Assembly: GCA_043228905.1 (NCBI GenBank)
Contig: JBHGNT010000016.1
Span: 14,136,001 to 14,200,000, forward strand
Source: Azolla caroliniana
Lineage: Eukaryota > Plantae > Polypodiophyta
DNA: 64,000 nucleotides
Direction: 5' to 3'
Under the pieces are notes generated by a model. It was not told the origin of the DNA and made no database searches. It saw only the letters and a program-made list of their open reading frames with translations. The position numbers and the translations under genes were made by a program. Shown here piece after piece: positions 12,866 to 22,498 of this stretch; the first letter of the stretch is position 1; each line of letters opens with the position of its first letter.

Positions 12866-15800
12866 TTCTATCTCTCTTTCTCTTTCATTTCTACATGGTA
12901 TCAGAGCCTATGCCTATGCCTTTCTAAATTACAAAATACATGCCCTTATCATAAGTTAAGTTTCATGCCCATACAAAAAAAATAACTATATATTCATAGT
13001 GTCCAAGATCGTCAAATAACGAACGACAATTTGTGTTTGCCGTGCGCTGATCCGGACAGCCCTCTGCAATAATGGCACAATCTATGTCGTCGTCGCAACT
13101 CAACATGCGAAAGTTCACGATCGAGAAATTGTCGGACACAAATTACCGAATTTGGAAGGCAAGATTAGAATTACTTTTTAAATATAATAAAGTATGGGAC
13201 ATAATTTCAGGATCTTCGACAAAACCCGAAAAAGGCGAAGAGCTTGAAGAATTTGAAGAAAAAGACTTGTGTGCAAGAATGGAAATTCTAATGCACGTAA
13301 GTGATGGCACCGGAGAAACATTACGAAAAATGGAGACCGCTCAAGAAATGTGGAAGCACTTACAAACTATCTACGAACCAAAGAATGACGCCCAACAAGC
13401 ACATACACTCCAAGCTCTTGTTAATTACAAGATGATTGATGAACAACCGGTTCGTGATTTTCTATTAATGTGGCAAAAGAAATTAGATGATGTGTTAACT
13501 TCTGGATTGGAAATCCATGATAAATTACAAAAGATTCTCCTTCTTGGTGCTCTTTCTCACTCGTGGTCCACTTTCCGAACCACCCAAAACTCTATAAATT
13601 GTCCAACGCTAATCGATCTTCTTGCAAACATTAGACAGGAGGAAACAATGCGTTCACAAAGGTCTTCAAATTCAACTCCAAGTATGGCAATGGTAGCATA
13701 CAAGAACAAAAGGTTCACCCAAAGAGGAGAAAGCTCGAAGCCGTGGATAAAGAAAGATCAAAACACTAAACAAGGAGAAATGCGGTTCAACAATACCTAT
13801 TATAAAATATGCAAACGTACAAATCATGCAACCAAAGATTGTCGCGCAAAGTCAAATTTCAAGAGTTATCAACCATGGAAGCGTGTACAAGCCCATCTTG
13901 TTGAAGAAGAGATGGATGATGAAAAAGCCATGGGAGGTGGACATCGAAATGGTGACACGTATGACGATGTTCTACAAGCGTTCATTGCCGAATCACTTTC
14001 CGCCACGATTCCAAATCCAAGTAATGCAAATGACATGTGGTATCTAGACACTGGTGCTACTAACCACTTAACTAATAGAAAAGATTGGTTAAGTAATTAT
14101 AAGGAAGTTGAACCTCCTATCATTGTAAGATTTGGAAATAATGGGACTAAACAAGCTATTGGCAAGGGTAATATTACTTTTGAAGTCACAGGAGGAAGAC
14201 ATTTCACAATCAATGAAGTTCTCTATGTCCCGGGCATCACCAAACATTTGCTATCGGTTAGCCAAGCAACGGCAAATGGTACAATAATTGAATTTCATCC
14301 TAACCATGCTATTATTAAACATAAAGCCTCAAATGGAGAACTTATTAGAACATGTTGTAAACGAGAAGGAGGCTTATATCCCATAAAATGTATTCCTACA
14401 TCTCTTATTTTAGAAGCACATCATACTACCCCAATACAATCCTCCATATCTTTAACCAATCTTCATTCTCCTTCTTCTCTTTGGCATTTTCGTCTAGGTC
14501 ATATGCATTTCAATGCTCTAAAAACACTACAATGTAATAATCTAGTCCATGGTTTGCCAAAAGAACCTTTCAAGCCTATCTCTTTGTGTGAAAGTTGTAT
14601 CTTTGGGAAAATGCCCCAACAACCCTTCCCAAAGCAAAGATCTAGAGCCACTACCCCTCTTGCATTAGTACATAGTGATCTATGTGGTCCTTTTCCAACC
14701 CCTTCTCTTAGTGGAGCCAAATATTTCATTAGCTTTATCGATGACTTTAGTCGATTTACAATTTTGCATTTTCTCAAGTACAAGAGTCAAGCTTATCAAG
14801 CATTCAAAGAATACAAGGCTCGAGTCGAAGTGCAAACATCATCAAAGATTAAAAGTCTTCAAACCGATGGTGGTGGTGAGTATGTGTCTCATGAGTTTCA
14901 AAGTTTATATCAAAATGAAGGCATACATCATAGAATATCAACACCACACACACCACAACAAAATGGTGTATCCGAAAGGAAGAATAGATCACTTCTCAAT
15001 ATGGCTCGAAGTATGTTACAATTTGCTCACTTATCGCCTCAATTTTGGGAGGAAGCGGTTGGCACCGCTTGCTATATTCAAAATCGAGGATTTCATAGGT
15101 CTTTGGGGCTCCAAACCCCTTATGAATTATGGCATGGTCACAAACCTAACTTAAGTAATCTTCGTATTTTTGGTTGTGATGCTTATGCTTTTGTGCCAAA
15201 TGTTCAAAGAAATAAGCTAGATTCAAGGGCTACAAAATCAATCTTCATCGGATATGGAGAAGCTTCGGGATACAAGGCGTACAAGCTCTTCGATCCACAA
15301 AAACAAAGAATATTCTTTAGTCGTAGTGTGATATTCCAAGAAAATGGACCTTCTACAAAGGTTTCTTCTTCACTATCTTTTAATCTACCTCCCTTATTAC
15401 CTACCCCTAATTACTTACAACCATATTCCTCAACCATCGCTAATACTAATAGCTCTCATATTGAAGGAGCCAACATTGGCTCATCCTCTACTTCCACAAT
15501 TTGTGTTGCTCTTCCATCTATTCACAAGGCCAAGAACAATCCTACTCAACCAACTAATTCTTCTTCTCATCCTCCCTCATTCCAAACTCTAGATGATTCT
15601 CTTCCTCATACTCCTTTAAATACACACTATTTAACCCCCACTAATAATACAAATAATGTTATCTTCTCCACTCCCTCTCCTAATCCTTCATTCCAAGTGT
15701 CATCACCAACTTCTCCACCAAACTCTCCACCTCCAAAGTATAGATCTCTAAGTAGTATTTATGAACAACTTGATCAAATGGAAGCACATTTCGTCGACTT

Positions 15801-17693
15801 GGACCATGAAGCTTATATTCAAGAAGAAGATATTCCAACCCTTGGTGATGACACAAATCTATCGGCCAAAGATGCACTTTCCGGACCGGATTCTATCAAA
15901 TGGAGAAAGGCTATGGAAGAAGAAATGAAGGCTTTACTTAAAAATGGTACGTGGACCCTCGTTGAGCCTCCAAAGGATCGACAAATAATTGGTTCTAAAT
16001 GGGTCTTACGCATAAAGCGAGATAGTAATGGCAATCCAATTCGCTTCAAGGCTCGTGTAGTTGCTCGAGGATTCTCTCAAGTACGAGGTATTGATTTTCA
16101 AGATACATTTAGTCCAACACTAAAAATATGTGGTTTTCGAATGCTCGTTTCTCTTGCCGCACAACATGATCTCGAATTGCATCATTTGGATGTACAAACG
16201 GCTTTTCTTCATGGAGATTTAGATGAAGAACTTTATCTACAACAACCACAATTTTTTGAAGATCCAAGTCATCCAACACATGTTTGTCGACTTCGTAAAT
16301 CTATTTACGGTCTTAAACAATCTCCACGCATATGGTATCACAAACTACACTCTTTTCTCATAAAAGTTGGATATCATCGTCTAAACAATGAGCCAAATAT
16401 CTATGTTAGAAAAGCCAAATCCAATTTTGTTATCATAGGTGTCTATGTTGATGATTTGCCTTTGATCTCTAACTCTAAATCTTATCTAGCTATTGCAAAG
16501 AAGGAACTTGCATATGTTTTTCCTATTACCGATTTAGGCCCTATGACCCATTTTCTAGGCATCAAAATAACTCAAGATAGAACAAATCATACTATCTCAT
16601 TATCACAATCAAATTATGTTAATTCTATCCTCCAAAGATTTGATATGCTCCATAGTAAACCTATTAGTACTCCTCTTACCTCTCCATGTAAACTTTCAAA
16701 TGATGATTCTCCTAAAAATGAACGAGAAATTTCCGAAATGAAGGATGTACCCTATAAGCAAATCCTTGGATGTATAAGATATCTAGTAAGTTGCACACGT
16801 CCCGATATTTGCTTTGCCGCCGGTTTTCTTTCTCGTTTCATGGCTAATCCAGGACCAAAACATTGGATCGCGCTCAAAAGATTACTTCGATACTTGAAGC
16901 ATACTCAACATTATGCGTTGACTTACTCCGCTACACAATCCGAGTCAACCACACTTGTGCAAGGATGGACAAACCCCTCTAGCCAACTAATTGGTTGGTC
17001 GGACTCGGACTGGGGGGGAGATGTGGACGATCGCAAGTCAACGGGTGGATATGTTTACACACTAGCTGGCGGTGCAATTTCGTGGAAGTCAAAGAAACAA
17101 ACTACCGTAGCATTGTCATCCACCGAAGCTGAATATGTTGCCGCGGCTTTAGCGGCTAAAGAAGGCATATGGATTAAAGCTATGCTCGATGAATTTAAAT
17201 TATTTACTATTCCACCAGTGACTTTATTTTGTGATAATCAATCTTGCATCAAGTTAGCCAACAATCCGAAGATGAGCGACAATATCCGTCATGTGGACTT
17301 AAAGCATCACTTTCTTCGTGATCTCATTGAAACGAAGAAGATAGAGTTAAAGTTTGCTCCCACTCATCAAATGTGGGCTGATTTTCTAACGAAGCCTCTT
17401 CAACATTCTAAGCACATTATTTGTTGCAAGCAAGTTGGATTAATTAATGTAATCGAAGATAAAGATGAAAACCTACACTTCTAGAAAATTTTGCTTAGGG
17501 GGGAGTGAAGAAAATAATAAGCAAAATAAAGTAAAATAAATTATTATGTAGTTCTTATTTAGTTCATATGAAATCGGTTTCCTTCATGAGAAGGAAACCG
17601 TATGTCTATTTGTGGTGGCCTTATAAAGCCACCACCACCAACGTTTGTATGTAATGGCATTATACTAATAATAAAGCTTCTTTCTGTTTTCTC

Positions 17694-17734
<41 letters not shown>

Positions 17735-17764
17735 TTCTATCTCTCTTTCTCTTTCATTTCTACA
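12637..17764 (+). mobile_element. Intact, very young Ty1/copia retrotransposon
   Basis: 259-bp LTRs 12637-12895 and 17506-17764, apparently identical; perfect TSD CAACT (12632-12636 / 17765-17769); PBS TGGTATCAGAGCC 12896-12908; PPT AGGGGGGAG 17497-17505; single uninterrupted ORF. Confidence 0.97.
13072..17484 (+). CDS. Copia Gag-Pol polyprotein (Gag, protease, GAG-pre-integrase, integrase, RT, RNase H), 1470 aa
   Basis: WYLDTGATNH (PR), LWHFRLGH / CESC (HHCC), FIDD / TDGGGEY / SERKNR (DDE), YVDD (RT), WSDSDWGG / STEAEY / CDNQS / WADFLTKPL (RNase H). Confidence 0.97.
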   Translation: MAQSMSSSQLNMRKFTIEKLSDTNYRIWKARLELLFKYNKVWDIISGSSTKPEKGEELEEFEEKDLCARMEILMHVSDGTGETLRKMETAQEMWKHLQTIYEPKNDAQQAHTLQALVNYKMIDEQPVRDFLLMWQKKLDDVLTSGLEIHDKLQKILLLGALSHSWSTFRTTQNSINCPTLIDLLANIRQEETMRSQRSSNSTPSMAMVAYKNKRFTQRGESSKPWIKKDQNTKQGEMRFNNTYYKICKRTNHATKDCRAKSNFKSYQPWKRVQAHLVEEEMDDEKAMGGGHRNGDTYDDVLQAFIAESLSATIPNPSNANDMWYLDTGATNHLTNRKDWLSNYKEVEPPIIVRFGNNGTKQAIGKGNITFEVTGGRHFTINEVLYVPGITKHLLSVSQATANGTIIEFHPNHAIIKHKASNGELIRTCCKREGGLYPIKCIPTSLILEAHHTTPIQSSISLTNLHSPSSLWHFRLGHMHFNALKTLQCNNLVHGLPKEPFKPISLCESCIFGKMPQQPFPKQRSRATTPLALVHSDLCGPFPTPSLSGAKYFISFIDDFSRFTILHFLKYKSQAYQAFKEYKARVEVQTSSKIKSLQTDGGGEYVSHEFQSLYQNEGIHHRISTPHTPQQNGVSERKNRSLLNMARSMLQFAHLSPQFWEEAVGTACYIQNRGFHRSLGLQTPYELWHGHKPNLSNLRIFGCDAYAFVPNVQRNKLDSRATKSIFIGYGEASGYKAYKLFDPQKQRIFFSRSVIFQENGPSTKVSSSLSFNLPPLLPTPNYLQPYSSTIANTNSSHIEGANIGSSSTSTICVALPSIHKAKNNPTQPTNSSSHPPSFQTLDDSLPHTPLNTHYLTPTNNTNNVIFSTPSPNPSFQVSSPTSPPNSPPPKYRSLSSIYEQLDQMEAHFVDLDHEAYIQEEDIPTLGDDTNLSAKDALSGPDSIKWRKAMEEEMKALLKNGTWTLVEPPKDRQIIGSKWVLRIKRDSNGNPIRFKARVVARGFSQVRGIDFQDTFSPTLKICGFRMLVSLAAQHDLELHHLDVQTAFLHGDLDEELYLQQPQFFEDPSHPTHVCRLRKSIYGLKQSPRIWYHKLHSFLIKVGYHRLNNEPNIYVRKAKSNFVIIGVYVDDLPLISNSKSYLAIAKKELAYVFPITDLGPMTHFLGIKITQDRTNHTISLSQSNYVNSILQRFDMLHSKPISTPLTSPCKLSNDDSPKNEREISEMKDVPYKQILGCIRYLVSCTRPDICFAAGFLSRFMANPGPKHWIALKRLLRYLKHTQHYALTYSATQSESTTLVQGWTNPSSQLIGWSDSDWGGDVDDRKSTGGYVYTLAGGAISWKSKKQTTVALSSTEAEYVAAALAAKEGIWIKAMLDEFKLFTIPPVTLFCDNQSCIKLANNPKMSDNIRHVDLKHHFLRDLIETKKIELKFAPTHQMWADFLTKPLQHSKHIICCKQVGLINVIEDKDENLHF

Positions 17765-18010
17765 CAACTCTCCACCCATCATATTCTTGCAAGATCAAAG
17801 CTCCATAAATTCCAAAGCTCCTAAACTAGCCTTACTAACAACTGCAATGGTGTTGAATTCTTAGTGCATACTATATAACCCCTTTTGCTTCCAAGAAGTA
17901 CGTTGAGCGAAGAACAACACAGACATTTTGGGGATCTTGCACCTCATCTAATACCACCCAAACTGGTGGTTTTTCACTCTCTTGATCGCATACACCTTGA
18001 AGGTGGCTTT
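17765..18010 (-). pseudogene. Captured SpoU/TrmH-family rRNA methyltransferase fragment, N-terminal part of the catalytic domain
   Basis: PPVWVVLDEVQDPQNVCVVLRSTYFLEAKGVI, then with frameshifts VCTKNSTPL / AVVSKASLGALEFMEL*SCKNMM / GWRVV. This is SpoU motif 1 (LDEVxDPQNxGAxxRS) plus the SKASAGALE motif, colinear with 12400-12636 across the copia TSD. Confidence 0.85.
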
Positions 18011-18532
18011 TCCTCATGTGAAGGAGAAGAAGACACGGGCAGAGATGTTCTCTCCCACTCACCATTGTCGTCCATCTGAGAGCTTAAGACCTTCCACCGC
18101 TACCTGGTTCCTTCTCCTTTTGGCTGCAATGAGGAGAGCCCTCAAGTAACACCCATTTCTTAAATCATATCATCATCATGGAGAGGTATAGATAGATATA
18201 TTTACAATCAGAGGAACTCATTTTTTCTCTTTCTCTCCGGAGAAACGAGAAAAGCATCCGCAACATATTCTCAAAACCACACTAACATCGAGACATACAA
18301 TCACGTCACACAAAGAGGCAGAAAGAGAGACTTCATGTCAAGGGAATAATGTTGATTTCTCCATCATAGGCTGGTTCCCACACAAAGAGTCCATGCACAA
18401 CACAATACTCTCTAGACAAACATTAACACACATACAGAGAGGGAGAGATAAAGATCAGCGATGGAGAGGGAGAGTGAGGGAGGGAGAGTGACCTCTTCTC
18501 AAGGGAGGTTGGCCGTTAGGGCGTGCCAAAAG

Positions 18533-18900
18533 TGTTGTTGGGGTGGGGGGTGAAGGCTTCACCCCCCCTCTCGAGGGGGGTTATGATAGAGAGAGAGAAG
18601 GAGAGAGTGAAAATAAGAAATGACACCAAATGAGAGGGAAAAAGTTGTATTCCATTATGCCCCATGGGTGGGGTTTATATAGTAAAAGAGGTAACCGTTA
18701 CAAATAAAGAATGAGACAAGTAGGGAGTTACATTACTTACCCACTTTCTCACCTTTGTACACATGCACACAAATGTGCATGTGTTTATACACATACACAT
18801 ACACATACTCATCCTCACACACTCATTCACATTATACATACACATCAACCACATCATTAAGCATACCCTTATGCCTCCCCGTATATTCTTACGGGTAACA
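18533..18900 (-). repeat. LTR of non-autonomous element (5' copy if minus orientation)
   Basis: Direct repeat with 10795-11166. Confidence 0.9.
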
Positions 18901-19262
18901 ACCTCGTTCACAAATGAGATGATAGTGCACCTCAATGTGCTTGGTCCAGTCTTGGAAGACGGCGTTCTTTCCAAGTTGGATGTTGCTGAGGTTGTTGCAA
19001 TATATCAATGTGTGTTCGGACACCTCTACTCGGAGATTCTTCAATAGCCTCTTGAGCCATATGGCTTCACATGTTGCAATTGTTGGTCCTTAGTATTCGG
19101 CCTCATTGCTCGATAGTGCCACTATCATCTGCTTCTTGTTGCTCCAGGTGATCGCAACGCTTCCCAATGAGAATGAAAACCCTAATGTTGGCATGTGATC
19201 GCCGGTATTTCCGGCCCAGTCGGCATCCGTGTAGCCGACCAACTCGTGGGCTACTTCAGCCC
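18901..19262 (-). mobile_element. Copia family B RNase H fragment (continuation of 9691-10794)
   Basis: Minus strand encodes GYTDADWAG...ITWSNKKQ...TKHIEVHYH; interrupted at 19263 by another element. Confidence 0.85.
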
Positions 19263-22032
19263 TATTGAGATATCAAGCTCAACTAGTTTAATCTAGTTAG
19301 TCAACCTATGTAACTTAGTAGTTACCTAGATCAAATCTAGTTAATGTGTTGACCTTACACCTTTAAATAGGACCTTGTACTTAAGTGGGATATTCTAGAT
19401 CCTCCACTCCTTAGTACATTTAATTTAGGACTTACACATAAGTACCTATGTTCTACCCACACATGTGCCCCTTTGCACATGGGTTGTATATATACCTCAT
19501 TGTGGGTATTTTTGTATGTTGATGACACTTTTCAATATAGTCAATCATCCCCCATTTATCTTCGTGCTCATAAGTGTAACTTTCTCTCTCTCTCTCTTCC
19601 TCTCACACACTCTCACGGGCATATCATACTAAATTTCCGCTGCTTAACGTAACCATATAATTAGTCTCTAATTAACCCTAGTTAATTACCTAATTACTTA
19701 ACATGGTATCAGAGCACGTGGTTTAGGAAATCCACTAAGCCCACCGCCTATTCATGATTGTGTGTTCGAGACGCCGATGACAAATCCCGGCTATTCGCTA
19801 TTCGCTACCGTAGTGCCGCTACGAAGGACGTGTACGCGACCAAGAGAAGAAAAACAAAACGGAAGACAGAACAGTCAACATGAACACACAAATGGGAAGC
19901 TCACTCCCTAGCAAAAAGCTAGACCGAAGCAACTATTCATCTTGGGAGTATAAGATGAATCAATACCTTGTCGGCCAAGGGTATTGGAGCTACATCAACG
20001 GTGCACAAGAAAACAAACCCGAAATCACACACGCCAACTACCCAATGTGGGAGCAAGGTGTGAGTCGGGTAATGTATTGCTTGGCAACATGTGTAAATGA
20101 CCACATGCTTAGCCACATTCGTGACACCAAGAATCTCAAAGAGGCGTGGGAAAATCTCAAGAAGATTCTTGCCGCGGACACATCCGCGTGCAAGCTTCAA
20201 CTCCGGCAAGAGTTGAACAACATACGACAAAAAGAAATGTCTGTGACGGACTACACCGCCAAGATCAAGAGCATTTGCGACTTACTTGGCTCCATCAACA
20301 TCAACATCGACGAAAACGAGATGGTGCAAGTATACTTGGGCGGCCTCGCACAATGATTCAACTCGTTGAGAACGGCAATCTTGGCAAGAGATACCCCTCC
20401 CTCATTCTTCAACCTCCAATCAATGCTATTGGTCGAAGAAAACCACATTCAATCAAAGACCAACACATCGGAAGGACAAATGCTCTTCTCCGATACAGAT
20501 GGTGCCCATAGACGAGGTCAAAGCAGAAGAGATCAATTCGACCTATCCCACGAAGGGAATTCACAATTTCGGCAAGGAAACGGAAGCCATCGAGGAACCT
20601 TCACAAGAAGGGGGAGCTTCCACGCCGAACAAGGTCGGCGAACAATGGCACCTACGTGCCACTATTGCGGCAAAATTGGCCATCGCGAAGAGGAGTGCCG
20701 AAAAAGACGAAGCGAGTCAGCCTCAACAAGCCGGCAACTCACAAATGACGCCACGAACGCGGAATACGTGGACTACGGCGGACTCTTCATGATGAGGCAT
20801 ATAGCGAACTCTATGATGGCCTCCGATCTAGCAAACTCCGCAAGTACCTCCAACTCCGAACATGCGTGGTTCGTAGACTCCGGTGCCTCGCACCACATGA
20901 CGTCGCACCAAGAGTGGTTTCGCGACTTGCGAACGCCGGATCGACCCGGCTACATAGAGACTAGAGACGACACTCTGCATCCCATTTGGGAAAGAAGGCG
21001 AGCAAACCTGCATAAAGAATGTATTGCACGTGCCCACAATAACAAAGAATTTGCTCTCGGTCGGCCAAATCGTGGAGCAAGGCATGCAAGTCCGCTTCAA
21101 CAATGAAGGTTGCTTCATCGAGAAAGACAGCTGACTCATAGCCAAGGGACGGAGAGACAGTCGATTGTTCATCCTCGACTCGAACGAGGTAAAATCGGCC
21201 ATGTACGCCAAAGGTCTCAAGGCCGAGACAAACATCGAGTTGTGGCACAAGCGAATCGGCCACGTAAACCTCCAACGGCTTCGCGGAATGCAATCAAAGG
21301 GAGTTGTAATCGGACTTCCGACCTTCGAATCGAAACAAGTCGACCGAGTGTGCGAAGCATGCCAACTTGGCAAACAATATCGACTCCCATTCCCGAAGGA
21401 GAGCTCCGCAAGCAAAGGCCTCCTTGACATAATCCACTCATACGTATGGGGACCGGCTCAAACGCCGACGCTCGGTGGATGCTGCTACTACGTTACCTTC
21501 ATCGATGACCACTCGCGCTACACGTGGATATACCCGATGAATAAGAAGAGGGAAGTGCTCTCTCACTTTCAAAGGCTCAAAAGCCAAGTGGTGAAAGAAA
21601 CCGGTCGGCACATTCAATGCCTACGATCGGACGGAGGAAAGGAGTACTTCTCCGACGAGTTCACCTCCTACCTCCAAGGTGAAGGCATTCGTAGAGAATT
21701 CTCATGCCGACACACTCCCCAACAAAACGGAGTAGCCGAGAGAAAAAATCGGCAAATACTTGAGGTATGTTGAACACAGTGCTCGGCCACAACCGAGGAA
21801 TAGGATCAACTTCACAGAAAACAGGAAATACAAATTGCACGAAGACAATAGAGAGAAGAGTACACAGAATGTTTTACGTGGAAAGCCCTAAATGGGAAAA
21901 ACCACGGGAGTCCTCAAACTCCAACTATCACTATAAACAGAGATGTACAATGGTGAAGCTACAAGGCAACAACCTTGAGTTCACTGTCTTCGCCACAGGC
22001 GGCGGTAATACACAGAGGCAACGACCTCTTCG

Positions 22033-22063
<31 letters not shown>

Positions 22064-22240
22064 TGCTCTCACTTCGCATAAAAATGAGCAACAACCACCA
22101 GCAGCACTAAACAGTTTGCCCTAAGTCATATTTATACACATATGACTTTCGGGCTATTTACAAATATAGCCTCAAGGGCTCTTGGCAAACATATTCACAA
22201 ATATGTCCCCGCATCCGGATCTCTCTCCGGGTACATTCGG

Positions 22241-22428
22241 CATCCGGCTCCGTAGCCGGGGTCTTCCTCATCCGGCTCCGTAGCCGGGGTATTCATCATC
22301 CGGCTCCGTAGCCGGGGTCTTCCTCATCCGGCTCCGTAGCCGGGGTCTTCCTCATCCGGCTCCGTAGCCGGGGTCTTCGTCATCCGGCTCCGTAGCCGGG
22401 GTCTTCGTCATCTGGCTCCGTAGCCAGC
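22241..22428. repeat. 28-bp tandem repeat (6 full + 1 partial) in LTR U3, each unit containing a CCGGCT-ccgt-AGCCGG hairpin
   Basis: Unit CATCCGGCTCCGTAGCCGGGGTCTTC(C/G/A)T starting at 22241, 22269, 22297, 22325, 22353, 22381 and 22409. Confidence 0.95.
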
Positions 22429-22498
22429 AACCGGGCTTGCCGTCATTTATCTCCGGACATCCCATCCGGAGGGACCGAAATCCCAACAAACTCCCCCT

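Larger units (their letters stand above)
10795..18900 (-). mobile_element. Non-autonomous LTR retrotransposon (gypsy-type ends, no gag/pol) carrying a captured host gene fragment; itself interrupted by an intact copia
   Basis: LTRs 10795-11166 and 18533-18900 (TG...CA, near-identical apart from small indels); TSD ACATC/ACCTC, whose removal restores the host copia frame (HYHLICER-GLSVEVELVYVS); PBS-like TGGCACGCCC on the minus strand next to 18533; ~2.2 kb internal region without retroelement ORFs. Confidence 0.88.

Noticed and set aside
22241-22428. CRISPR-like 28-bp hairpin repeats
   Set aside because: The units are head-to-tail with no spacers and lie within both LTRs of a copia element.
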